From the NCBI RefSeq assembly GCF_000186885.1, contig NC_014972.1:2910001-2942000 (forward strand): a stretch of DNA of 32,000 bases, given 5' to 3'. Positions 16,748 to 25,732 of this stretch are shown piece after piece. Source of the DNA: Desulfobulbus propionicus DSM 2032 (lineage in GTDB: Bacteria; Desulfobacterota; Desulfobulbia; Desulfobulbales; Desulfobulbaceae). The notes beneath the pieces were generated by a model. The model was not told where the DNA came from. It did not search any database and saw only the letters and a list, made by a program, of their open reading frames with translations. The position numbers and the translations under genes are program-made. How positions within the stretch are numbered: position 1 is the first letter of the stretch; each line of letters begins with the position of its first letter.

Positions 16748-18529
16748 TCAGCTCGCCGAACAGATCATACGGATGGACTCGGCCCGTTCGTTGATGCCGC
16801 GCTTGAGCATCTCATGGTTGTAGGCGGCGATCACATCCTGGCGTTTGAGCATGCCCAGGACCCAAGGTTCCTCCAGGGTCTCCACCACAGGGATCTCGTC
16901 GATCCCCTTGATGTCAAAAAGCTTCATCGCTTCATAGCAATTGGTGTCCGGGGTGAGCATGATCACGTCGCGGGTACAGATGGATCCCACCAGGTGGCAG
17001 ACACGCTCTTCCTCGCTGTGGAGGACAGTCTTCACATCCTGCATCGACACCACCCCGACCATCATGCCGTGGGCGTTGATCACCGGAAAATAGAAGCTGT
17101 TGCGGGCAAAGCGAAACAGTTCGAGCAAATGATTGATATTTGCGTTTTCACTAATAAAATCGACATCTTCGGTGATCGCCTTGCCCACTCGGATCGACTT
17201 CATGATCGCCACCTCGCGGCCTTCGTGAATATCGATCCCCTCGCGGGTGAAATCCACCGTGTCCATGGAGTCGCCGTACAACCAGGAAGAGGTCACGGTC
17301 CCCAGGACGGCGGTCAGCATCACCGGGATGATGATCATGTAGTTGCCGGTCATCTCGAACAACAAAAAGATGGCGGTCAGTGGCGCGTGGGTGGTGGCGG
17401 CGAGGAACGCGCCGATCCCCACCGTGGCATAGGCGCCGGCGGTGGCCGTGTAGCCGGGAAGGAAATGGTGGACAATGCCGCCAAAGGCGCCGCCAAGCAC
17501 GGCGCCAATGAACAGGGCCGGAGCAAAAACGCCGCCGGCGCCGCCCGAGCCCAGGGTGATGGCGGTTGCCAGCGATTTGAGGAAGACCAGAAGCATCATC
17601 CGCCAGACCAGGGTGTCGCCCGCCAGGGCCTTGGCAATATAGTCGTAGCCGTTGCCCATGACCTGGGGAAAGAAGAGGGCGATGCACCCCACCAGCAGGG
17701 CACCGAAGATCGGCTTGATTTGCGGGTGGAGCGGGATTCGCTGAAACTGGTCGCGAATCAGATAAAAAAAGCGAATGTGGAGCACCGCCGTCGCCCCGAC
17801 GACAACGGCCATGACCGTGTACAACGGCAATTCGACAAAGGGGTTGACGATCGAATAGTCGGGGATGGGAAAAGCCGGAATCTCGCCATAATAGGCGCGG
17901 GAGACCACGGTGGACAGGGCCGAGGCGATCACCAAGGCGGCAAAGGAGGATATCTCATAGGTGCCGAGCAGCACGATCTCCGCCGCGAAAAACATCCCGG
18001 CCAGGGGCGCGTTGAAGATACCGGCAATACCGCCGGCGCATCCGGCGGCGATGTAGACCTTCATGCGCTTGCCGGACACCCGGAAACGCTGCCCAACCTG
18101 CGACCCCAGGGCGCCGCCGATCTGGGCAATCGGCCCTTCGACACCGGCCGAGTTGCCGGAACCGATGGTCAGGGCGGTGCTGATGATCTTGATGAAGATG
18201 GTGCGCGCCCGGATCACGCCATTCTCCAGATTGACCCGGCGAAGGAAATTGGTGAACCCGTAGCCGTTGACCTCGCCGGGAAAGGCGAGGGAAAGGGGGA
18301 TGAGCAGAGTGGCGCCGAGCATTGGCAGCAGCGGCAAAAGCAGTTTCCGCCACCCGCCCTGGCCAATACCGAGAGCCTCGTAGCCCCAGACAAAAATGAG
18401 CTCATGGATGAGATCAACCGCCTCGCGGAAGACAATGATGGCCAAGCCGGACATCACGCCGATGAAGGCGGCGATCAGGATCATCCGCGCCCGCTCGCCC
18501 GGCAAAAACGCCTTGACCCTGGTCAGCAT
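16748..18529 (-). CDS. CLC-family chloride channel/antiporter with two C-terminal CBS domains
   Basis: 593 aa; IGSGNSAGVEGPIAQIGGALGS (GxEGP-type gating Glu motif), ITLGSGGAGGVFAPALFIGAVLGG, TTHAPLTAIFLLFEMTGNY, and CBS repeats from about aa 460 (GKAITEDVDFISENANINHLLELF...; CTRDVIMLTPDTNCYEAMKLF...). Confidence 0.92.
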   Translation of the reverse strand: MLTRVKAFLPGERARMILIAAFIGVMSGLAIIVFREAVDLIHELIFVWGYEALGIGQGGWRKLLLPLLPMLGATLLIPLSLAFPGEVNGYGFTNFLRRVNLENGVIRARTIFIKIISTALTIGSGNSAGVEGPIAQIGGALGSQVGQRFRVSGKRMKVYIAAGCAGGIAGIFNAPLAGMFFAAEIVLLGTYEISSFAALVIASALSTVVSRAYYGEIPAFPIPDYSIVNPFVELPLYTVMAVVVGATAVLHIRFFYLIRDQFQRIPLHPQIKPIFGALLVGCIALFFPQVMGNGYDYIAKALAGDTLVWRMMLLVFLKSLATAITLGSGGAGGVFAPALFIGAVLGGAFGGIVHHFLPGYTATAGAYATVGIGAFLAATTHAPLTAIFLLFEMTGNYMIIIPVMLTAVLGTVTSSWLYGDSMDTVDFTREGIDIHEGREVAIMKSIRVGKAITEDVDFISENANINHLLELFRFARNSFYFPVINAHGMMVGVVSMQDVKTVLHSEEERVCHLVGSICTRDVIMLTPDTNCYEAMKLFDIKGIDEIPVVETLEEPWVLGMLKRQDVIAAYNHEMLKRGINERAESIRMICSAS

Positions 18530-18941
18530 GGCTGCTCCGAGCTGGTGTCCATGACGGGCCGGGGAGGAAGCGTGGGAAGGATGGCGCGTGAACAGTCGCT
18601 CGGCTCACCGGAACACCCAGCCAGAACCGTCACTCGCCCGAATGTATCCATATTGCCCGTCCTCCACTCTCTGCTGGCCTGGCGGCCCTGGTCGTTGCGC
18701 CGATCTCCTTTTCCGCCGTTCGAAAAAGAAGAATGGAACATAACAAAAACCCCTGGCGAATTAAACTGGTTTCTGGCCGCCGCCTGTTCCCGGGCAGACA
18801 CCCGCTCTCAGACGAATCCTCATCCAATGAAACGGCCCGAGGATTCTTGTGCTATGGCTGCCTTTTTCGTATAGTTGGGTCTCATGCAGATCACCCGTTC
18901 CCGGGGTGCATCGTTGCCAGACAGTCTCAGCGAGGTACATC

Positions 18942-19115
18942 ATGCCTGACCAAAAGAAGCCCGATCCCGCCAAGGTTGCCTTCCTCCGATCCCTGCCCGA
19001 CGACGTCAAGGCGGTGATCACGGGCGAGGAAGCAGAGCAGTTCATGTTCGGGGAATATATCCCGGAGTCACTCTACGAAAAGATCAAGGACTACCTGGAG
19101 GAAAGTCCCGACTGA
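18942..19115 (+). CDS. Small hypothetical protein (57 aa)
   Basis: ATG 18942: MPDQKKPDPAKVAFLRSLPDDVKAVITGEEAEQFMFGEYIPESLYEKIKDYLEESPD. Protein-like, amphipathic composition; reading starts downstream of the 18849 start in the ORF track. Confidence 0.5.
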   Translation: MPDQKKPDPAKVAFLRSLPDDVKAVITGEEAEQFMFGEYIPESLYEKIKDYLEESPD

Positions 19116-19116
19116 A

Positions 19117-19144
19117 CAAGCGGCTGCCCTCACGCAGCCGCTTG
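19117..19144. repeat. Perfect 11-bp inverted repeat, possible terminator/attenuator hairpin without a U-tract
   Basis: CAAGCGGCTGC (19117-19127) - CCTCAC - GCAGCCGCTTG (19134-19144), immediately after the stop codon of the 57-aa ORF. Confidence 0.65.
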
Positions 19145-19586
19145 CCGATCGCCTTCCGGCCAAGTCCATCAGCGACACCCAGCGGCTTGCCGGGTCGCGG
19201 TGCACAACAACAGGCCGCAACTGCATGGCTTTTGGGCCAACGGTTTAGGATTGCAGAATGCGCTGTTTTGGTTTATCGTGGCCAACTAAATAACTGAATG
19301 CCAATTCATTACCGTGGCCGGGGAAGGTCACCCCATGAAGCGGCGCGGTGTTGTTGAAACGTGGCCACCCCGTGGTGGACGGATGATTGTGACAAACCGG
19401 ATGGAAATACCAAGCATCTTTCTCGGCAATCAAACAACCATCGGTTTTTTGCGCTCTGTGCATGCCGCCACCCCGTGCTTGCCTGTCCCCCCCTCCTCCC
19501 CTTTTTTTTCATCATGAGGCAGAGAACAACTGAACCGTAAACAGCATCACCAGAGAGAAGACCAAAGCGGGTAAGTACACTTTTTG

Positions 19587-19646
19587 AGGTTCTGCGGAAC
19601 CTTTTTCATAGCGTTCATCTTAACCGTTTCCGGCAGTTCCTGCCGG
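19587..19646 (+). promoter_or_regulatory. nifJ leader with two closely spaced hairpins
   Basis: AGGTTC-TGCG-GAACCT (19587-19602) followed by TTTT, then CCGGCAG-TTC-CTGCCGG (19630-19646), then AAGGAG upstream of ATG 19681. Confidence 0.45.
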
Positions 19647-19680
19647 CAAACACCAACCACCGTGTAAGGAGAATGATCTT

Positions 19681-22600
19681 ATGTCGCGAAAAATGGTCAC
19701 CATTGACGGAAACCAGGCATGTACGCATGTTGCGTATGCCACAAGTGAAGTCATAACAATCTATCCCATTACGCCATCCTCTCCGATGGCTGCCGAGTCC
19801 GACGCCAAAGCCAACGCCAAACAAGAGAATATCTGGGGATCCATCCCGGTTATTACCCAGATGCAGTCCGAGGCCGGTGTCGCCGGTTCCATCCACGGTT
19901 CTCTGGGCGCCGGTGCCCTGTGCACCACCTTCACCGCTTCCCAGGGTCTGCTGCTGCTGACCCCCAACATGTACAAGATCGCCGGTGAGTTGTTGCCCAC
20001 GGTTTTCCATGTCACCGCCCGCGCCATCGCCTGCCAGGGTCTGTCTATCTTCGGTGATCACGGCGACGTCATGGCCGTCCGCCAGACCGGTTGGGCCATG
20101 CTCTGCTCCCAGGACGTGCAGGAAGCCCAGGATATGGCACTGATTGCCACCTCTTCCACCCTGCAGTCCTCCATTCCGTTCCTCCACTTCTTCGACGGGT
20201 TCCGGACCTCCCACGAGGTCATGAAGATCGAGCAGCTGACCATGGACGACATGCGCGCCATGATCGACGAGGACCTGATCATCAAGCACCGCGAGCGCGC
20301 CCTGACCCCGGATCGCCCCACCATCGGCGGTACGGCCCAGAACCCGGACGTCTACTTCATCGGCCGCGAGACCGTAAATAAATTCTATGACGCCGTTCCG
20401 GGTATCGTCCAGGCCACCATGGACAAATTCGCCGCCCTGACCGGTCGCCAGTATCACCTGTTCGACTACATCGGCGCCCCGGATGCCACCGACGTCATCG
20501 TCATCATGGGTTCCGGCGCCCTGACCGTTGCCTCCACCGTCGAGCACCTGATTGCCGAGGGCAAGAAGGTTGGTCTGGTCATCGTTCGTCTGTTCCGTCC
20601 GTTTGATCCGAAAGCCATGGTCAACGCCCTGCCGCCCACCGTTGAGCGCATCACCGTGCTTGACCGCACCAAAGAGCCGGGCTCCAACGGCGATCCGCTC
20701 TATCTCGACGTCCGCACCGCCGTCACCGAGGCTGCCGAGGCCAACCCCACCATGTTCGTCCCGGTTATCCTCAACGGCCGTTACGGTCTGGGCTCCGCCG
20801 AGTTCACCCCGGCCATGGTCAAAGCCGTGTTCGACAACATGGCATCGCTTGCGCCGAAAAAGAAATTCTGCGTTGGCCCGAACGACGACCTGGCCTTCAC
20901 TAGCCTCAAGTATGACAAGTCCTTCAACATCGAAGGCAGCGACGTGTTCCGCGCCCTGTTCTACGGTCTGGGTTCCGACGGTACCGTTGGTGCCAATAAG
21001 AACACCATCAAGATCATCGGTACCGAAACCGATAACTCGGCCCAGGGCTACTTCGTCTACGACTCCAAAAAGTCCGGCTCCATGACCGTTTCGCATCTGC
21101 GTTTCGGCAAGAATCAGATCGTTGCCCCGTATCTGATCAACAAGGCCAACTTCGTCGCCTGTCACAACCCGGCCTTCCTTGACACCTACGACATGTTGGC
21201 CAACCTGGAGACCGGCGGCACCTTCCTGCTGACCACCACCTTCACCAAGGACGAGATCTGGGACCACCTGCCCTCCCTGGTGCAGAAGCAACTGATCGAG
21301 AAGAAGATCAAATTCTACATCATCGACGCGGTCAAACTCGGCCTGGCCCTTGGCCTCGGCGCTCGCATCAACATGATCATGCAGACCGCCTTCTTCGCCA
21401 TCTCCGGCATCATCAGCAAGGATGAGGCGATCAAGTCGATCAAGAAGGCAATCAAAAAGACCTACGGCATCAAGGGCGACAAGGTCGTCAACATGAACTA
21501 CGCCGCGGTTGACGGCGCCATCGAAAACATCGTCGAGGTCAAGGTTCCCAAGAAAATCACCGGCCACGAGATGCCGCCGATCGTTTCCGACGAAGCACCT
21601 GAGTTCGTCAAGACCGTCACCGCCAAGATGATGGAAGGTCACGGCGAGGACATCCCGGTTTCCCAGTTCCCGAACGACGGCCGCTGGCCGACCGCCACCT
21701 CCCAGTGGGAGAAGCGCAACATCGCCGTTCAGGTTTCTTGTTGGGATGCCGAGACCTGCATCCAGTGCGGCCGCTGTTCGCTGGTTTGCCCGCATGGCTG
21801 TATCCGCATGAAGGTCGCCACCCCTGAAGCCCTGGCCGCCGCCGGCGCCGATGCCTCCTTCAAGACCGCCGATGCGGTAGGCAAGGAGTTCAAGGACATG
21901 AAGTTCACCATGCAGATCTCCACGGCCGACTGCTGCGGCTGTACGCTGTGCGTCACCGTTTGCCCGGCTCGCAAGAAGGATGCCGAGGGCAACAAGACCG
22001 AGATCCGCGCGCTGTCCATGGTGATGAACACCGAGGAGATCAAGCAGGAATCCCTGAAGAACTGGAAGACCTTCCTGGCCCTGCCCGAGGTTGACGACAG
22101 CCTGATCAACGTCGGCACCATCAAGGGCAGCCAGTTCAAACGGCCGCTGTTCGAGTTCTCCGGCGCCTGCGCTGGCTGCGGCGAGACCCCGTACATCAAG
22201 CTGGTCACCCAGATGATCGGCGACCGTATGTTGGCCTCCAACGCCACCGGTTGTTCCTCGATCTACTCCGGCAACCTGCCCACCACCCCGTACTGCAAGC
22301 GCGCCGACGGACGTGGGCCGGCCTGGTCCAACTCGCTGTTCGAGGATAACGCCGAGCACGGCTTGGGTATGCGTCAAGCGGTCGACAAACTGGCCAGCCA
22401 GGCGGTCGAACTGTTGGATGCGGCTGTCAAGGAAGGTCTGGTCGCCAAAGAGTTGGCCGACGCCCTGCTCAACGCCCCGCAGAAGGAGCAGGCCGAGATC
22501 GAGGCCCAGCGCGCTCGCGTGGCCGAGTTGAAGGCGGCCCTCGAGGGCAAGAAAGACGCCATCGCCAAACGGCTCTATCATGTGGCCGACTACCTGGTGA

Positions 22601-23256
22601 AAAAATCCGTCTGGATCATCGGTGGCGACGGTTGGGCCTATGATATCGGCTACGGCGGTGTTGACCATGTTCTGGCTTCCGGCAAGAACGTCAATATCCT
22701 GGTGCTGGATACCGAGGTCTACTCCAACACCGGTGGTCAGATGTCCAAGTCCACCCCGCGTGCAGCCGTGGCTCAGTTTGCCGCCGGCGGCAAGAGCATG
22801 CCCAAGAAGAACATGGGCCTGATCTTCTCCACCTTCGGCACGGTCTATGTTGCCCGCATTTCCCTCGGCGCCAACCCGCAGCAGGCGATCAAGGCCATTC
22901 AGGAGGCCGAGGCCTATGACGGTCCGTCCCTGATCATCGCCTATGCCCACTGCATCAACCACGGCATCAACATGGCCATGGGTCTGGAGCAGCAGAAGAA
23001 GGCCGTCGAGTGCGGGCACTGGTCGTTGTTCCGTTACAACCCGGCGCTTGAGGCCGAAGGCAAGAACCCGCTGATCATCGACTCCAAAGAGCCGACCATC
23101 AGCTTTGCCGACTACGCGATGAACGAAAACCGTTACCGGATGCTCAAGCTGTCCAATCCGACAATGGCTGACGAGTTGATGGCACAGTCGCAGAAAGACG
23201 TCGACAAGTCCTGGAAATTGCTGAAAGGCTGGGCCAAGGCGCTTGAGACCGAATAA
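19681..23256 (+). CDS. nifJ: Pyruvate:ferredoxin (flavodoxin) oxidoreductase
   Basis: 1191 aa; YPITPSSPMAAESDA, GGTAQNPDVYFIGRE, two 4Fe-4S clusters CIQCGRCSLVCPHGC and CCGCTLCVTVCPARKK, CAGCGETPY, TPP-binding VNILVLDTEVYSNTGGQMSKSTPRAAVAQFAAGGK. Strong RBS AAGGAG. Confidence 0.97.
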   Translation: MSRKMVTIDGNQACTHVAYATSEVITIYPITPSSPMAAESDAKANAKQENIWGSIPVITQMQSEAGVAGSIHGSLGAGALCTTFTASQGLLLLTPNMYKIAGELLPTVFHVTARAIACQGLSIFGDHGDVMAVRQTGWAMLCSQDVQEAQDMALIATSSTLQSSIPFLHFFDGFRTSHEVMKIEQLTMDDMRAMIDEDLIIKHRERALTPDRPTIGGTAQNPDVYFIGRETVNKFYDAVPGIVQATMDKFAALTGRQYHLFDYIGAPDATDVIVIMGSGALTVASTVEHLIAEGKKVGLVIVRLFRPFDPKAMVNALPPTVERITVLDRTKEPGSNGDPLYLDVRTAVTEAAEANPTMFVPVILNGRYGLGSAEFTPAMVKAVFDNMASLAPKKKFCVGPNDDLAFTSLKYDKSFNIEGSDVFRALFYGLGSDGTVGANKNTIKIIGTETDNSAQGYFVYDSKKSGSMTVSHLRFGKNQIVAPYLINKANFVACHNPAFLDTYDMLANLETGGTFLLTTTFTKDEIWDHLPSLVQKQLIEKKIKFYIIDAVKLGLALGLGARINMIMQTAFFAISGIISKDEAIKSIKKAIKKTYGIKGDKVVNMNYAAVDGAIENIVEVKVPKKITGHEMPPIVSDEAPEFVKTVTAKMMEGHGEDIPVSQFPNDGRWPTATSQWEKRNIAVQVSCWDAETCIQCGRCSLVCPHGCIRMKVATPEALAAAGADASFKTADAVGKEFKDMKFTMQISTADCCGCTLCVTVCPARKKDAEGNKTEIRALSMVMNTEEIKQESLKNWKTFLALPEVDDSLINVGTIKGSQFKRPLFEFSGACAGCGETPYIKLVTQMIGDRMLASNATGCSSIYSGNLPTTPYCKRADGRGPAWSNSLFEDNAEHGLGMRQAVDKLASQAVELLDAAVKEGLVAKELADALLNAPQKEQAEIEAQRARVAELKAALEGKKDAIAKRLYHVADYLVKKSVWIIGGDGWAYDIGYGGVDHVLASGKNVNILVLDTEVYSNTGGQMSKSTPRAAVAQFAAGGKSMPKKNMGLIFSTFGTVYVARISLGANPQQAIKAIQEAEAYDGPSLIIAYAHCINHGINMAMGLEQQKKAVECGHWSLFRYNPALEAEGKNPLIIDSKEPTISFADYAMNENRYRMLKLSNPTMADELMAQSQKDVDKSWKLLKGWAKALETE

Positions 23257-23288
23257 ACCGTCTTCGGACGCATGATGGAACAAAAAAG

Positions 23289-23317
23289 CCCTGCCGGGAA
23301 ACCGGCAGGGTTTTTTT
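23289..23317 (+). terminator. Intrinsic terminator downstream of nifJ
   Basis: CCCTGCCGG-GAAA-CCGGCAGGG followed by TTTTTTT; 9-bp stem with GAAA loop. Confidence 0.95.
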
Positions 23318-23369
23318 GTTGATCGCGTTACCGGGGATTGAGCTCGTCATCCCCGGTATTTTTTCTGAC

Positions 23370-24344
23370 TCAGCTGTCCGCTTGTTTTTTCCGTGCCGCG
23401 GCTTCGCGCTCCTGCCGCTCCTTGAGCATCCGGTCGCGCTCCGCCTTCAATTCCTCGTATTCGCGTTCAGCCGCCAGCAGCGCTTCATCCTGACGTTTTT
23501 TGATTTCCTCGACTTTGGCTTTGATTTTGTCTTCCTTGATGGTCAGCCCAGGCGCACCAAAGAGGGTATTGGCCAGATATTTAAAGGAAAAAAGCATCAA
23601 TTCCACATCGTCTTCCTTGATTTTGGCCAGGGTATCGGCATCCATCTCATAGGTGTCGAGGAAGGAACTCTCGAAAATAAACTTGCGGAAGGTATCGAGA
23701 TCGGTGGAAGCCATGAAGAACATCCGCTTGGCCGCCTCACTCAAGGTCGCTTGCAGGCCGAAGGATTTGCGCCGCATGACCAATCGCAGCCACTCCTTGT
23801 TCATCTCATCGCGCAGATCGACCCCCTGATCGGCCCGCCACTCGCCGATGGTCCAGTGCTTGGGTTCTTCATGGCCCTTGCAGTGCGGCTCCTTGACCAG
23901 GAAGAAAAATTTCTCCTCGGAGGCATCGTTGGTGCCGCCCTCATGGAAATCGGCCATGCCCACCGGGTAGTACCGGCAGGCCGAGGGGCGATCCGAATAA
24001 ACGGTGCAGCCCTCAGGGGTGACAAAGGGGCAACCGTTCTTCTCGCCCCGCAATTTCAACTGGACGCCGGGCATATCGGTCTTCTCCAAATAGGCGGGCT
24101 CGGTGTATTCGGTGATGAATTCGTGGGCCGGGATGTTCAACCGTTTGCGGAGGATGAGGATGTCATACGGAGTGAGGATGATTTTGATATTGTGACAGCA
24201 GGCGGTGAAGCAGCTTACCCCTGGATGGCAGGCAAACTGCAAGTGCGAGCTGAGCGTCAGTTTCTCCGGGAGAATATTGGAGGGATTCTTGTCGGTGGAC
24301 TTGATAAAATCAGATTCGTTATCAATATATTCTTCTGTCGCCAT
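23370..24344 (-). CDS. YkgJ-family cysteine cluster (Fe/Zn-chelating) protein
   Basis: FACHPGVSCFTACCHNIKIILTPYDILILRKRL...CPFVTPEGCTVYSDRPSACRYYPVG. Start MATEEYID at 24344 with upstream GAGGA is preferred over the 24413 start in the ORF track. Confidence 0.88.
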   Translation of the reverse strand: MATEEYIDNESDFIKSTDKNPSNILPEKLTLSSHLQFACHPGVSCFTACCHNIKIILTPYDILILRKRLNIPAHEFITEYTEPAYLEKTDMPGVQLKLRGEKNGCPFVTPEGCTVYSDRPSACRYYPVGMADFHEGGTNDASEEKFFFLVKEPHCKGHEEPKHWTIGEWRADQGVDLRDEMNKEWLRLVMRRKSFGLQATLSEAAKRMFFMASTDLDTFRKFIFESSFLDTYEMDADTLAKIKEDDVELMLFSFKYLANTLFGAPGLTIKEDKIKAKVEEIKKRQDEALLAAEREYEELKAERDRMLKERQEREAAARKKQADS

Positions 24345-24643
24345 GGCAGTTCCTCTGAGTGCGGAAGGATGAAAGGCATGCGCCCAAAATGGCGCCGAAT
24401 AAAAAAGAAACACTTTACCATGTGCGCCCCCGGTGTCAAATCCTATCCGGACGCTTGACGATGAGGCAGGGAAGGATTCCCTCCTGCCAGTAAAAAAACT
24501 TCATGCCTTTGCCGTCAGATTCAGCGACAGGAAGACCGCACCGCCTGAAAAAATCCATACCGGGGCCGCTTATTTTATGTCATTTCCCGGTCAAACCTGC
24601 TAAGAGAAAAGCAATAATTTTTCCATTTCACCCCATTAAGTGC

Positions 24644-24841
24644 ATGAAACGAATTTTTTCCAATCCCATCGATCTGAGCAAGGTCGACACGCTTATCTAT
24701 CATCTGCCCGATGGGCCTACCCTATCCGTCGAAATGGACGGTCTGGGGAGCTTTTTCGATTTCGACATGGAAATCGGTGACATTTGCGACACTTCCGACA
24801 TCGATGGCGTCGTTCATTTTTTTCCCAAAGGCAACGCCTGA
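24644..24841 (+). CDS. Small hypothetical protein (65 aa)
   Basis: ATG 24644: MKRIFSNPIDLSKVDTLIYHLPDGPTLSVEMDGLGSFFDFDMEIGDICDTSDIDGVVHFFPKGNA. Confidence 0.45.
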   Translation: MKRIFSNPIDLSKVDTLIYHLPDGPTLSVEMDGLGSFFDFDMEIGDICDTSDIDGVVHFFPKGNA

Positions 24842-24899
24842 TCGCCGCTCTTTTTGTCCCTCCGCGCATCACTCCTGGTTCTGTCCCACCTGAAGCCAC

Positions 24900-25685
24900 A
24901 TGGTTCCCCTGATCGACACCACCGTTGACGGCCACGTCCACACCCGGCTCTGCAAGCATGCCGTCGGTGAAATGGAGGAATACGTCGAGCAGGCAGTGCG
25001 CCGTGGGCTAACGACCGTCTGCTTTCTCGAACACCTGGAAACGGACATTGCCTATCAGCCGCCCTGCTGGCTGGATGACGATGAATTTGCCTACTACTTC
25101 GAGGAAGGGTTGCGCTTGAAAGAGCGTTATCGGGGCGTGGTGGCTGTTCGTCTGGGGGTGGAGATGGGGTGCAATCCGGCGGCGATCGACGCCATCCGTC
25201 ATCGGTTGAAGCGGTATCCGATCGAACGCATCGGTCTTTCCTGCCACTTCCATCAGCACGGACTCTCCCACCTAAATCTGCTCAGCCGGCGGCCGCAAAG
25301 TCTTGATCGCCTGGCCGCCATTGGCGCCGACGCGGTGATTTCCACCTATTTTGCGACCTTGATCAAGGCGGTGGCCAGCCTGGACTGCGATGTCCTCTGC
25401 CACCTGGACGCAGTGTTACGTCACCTGCCCGGCATCACCTTCAACAACGAACACCGTGGGCAAATCGCGCAATTACTGGATGCGATGCAGGGAAAAGACA
25501 TTGCCCTGGAAATCAACACCTCGGGGTTCGATTACCGTGGGTCGGCCTTCCCCGCCCCGTGGATCATCTCCGCGGCCCTCGAACGCGGCATCAGGCTGGA
25601 GGCGGGCTCGGATGCCCATCACCCCAGCGAGGTCGGCCGTTATTTCGACCAACTGCCGCACTATCTGGAACCGTTATGCCGATAA
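24900..25685 (+). CDS. PHP-domain phosphoesterase (histidinol-phosphatase-like)
   Basis: 261 aa; DGHVHTRLCKHAVGEMEEYVEQAVRRGLTTVCFLEHLE, LGVEMGCNP, GLSCHFHQHG, ISTYFATLIKAV, CHLDAVLRHL, LEINTSGFDYRGSAFPAPWII, GSDAHHPSEVGRYF. Confidence 0.85.
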   Translation: MVPLIDTTVDGHVHTRLCKHAVGEMEEYVEQAVRRGLTTVCFLEHLETDIAYQPPCWLDDDEFAYYFEEGLRLKERYRGVVAVRLGVEMGCNPAAIDAIRHRLKRYPIERIGLSCHFHQHGLSHLNLLSRRPQSLDRLAAIGADAVISTYFATLIKAVASLDCDVLCHLDAVLRHLPGITFNNEHRGQIAQLLDAMQGKDIALEINTSGFDYRGSAFPAPWIISAALERGIRLEAGSDAHHPSEVGRYFDQLPHYLEPLCR

Positions 25686-25732
25686 AACGGCTCCTCCCCA
25701 ACCGGTTCCGCACGCTCCGACCGTTTTCTCGG

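Noticed and set aside
18814-18846. 8-bp inverted repeat GAATCCTC...GAGGATTC with 17-nt loop
   Set aside because: Arms are short and the loop long; expected by chance at this scale and not followed by a U-tract.
16643-18874. 743-aa plus-strand ORF
   Set aside because: Antisense to the well-supported CLC gene; His/Asp/Arg-rich translation with no motifs. Treated as a shadow ORF.
19314-19517. 67-aa ORF upstream of nifJ
   Set aside because: Ends in low-complexity translation of the homopyrimidine tract and has no protein-like motif.
19615-23283. 1222-aa minus-strand ORF spanning all of nifJ
   Set aside because: Fully antisense to an unambiguous nifJ. The low-complexity, Gly/His/Asp/Val-rich translation with no domain signature is typical of the shadow frame of a strongly codon-biased gene.
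24465-24488. Imperfect hairpin GGCAGG...CCTGCC near the start of the small 65-aa gene
   Set aside because: Asymmetric pairing and no suitable U-tract on either strand; insufficient to call a terminator.
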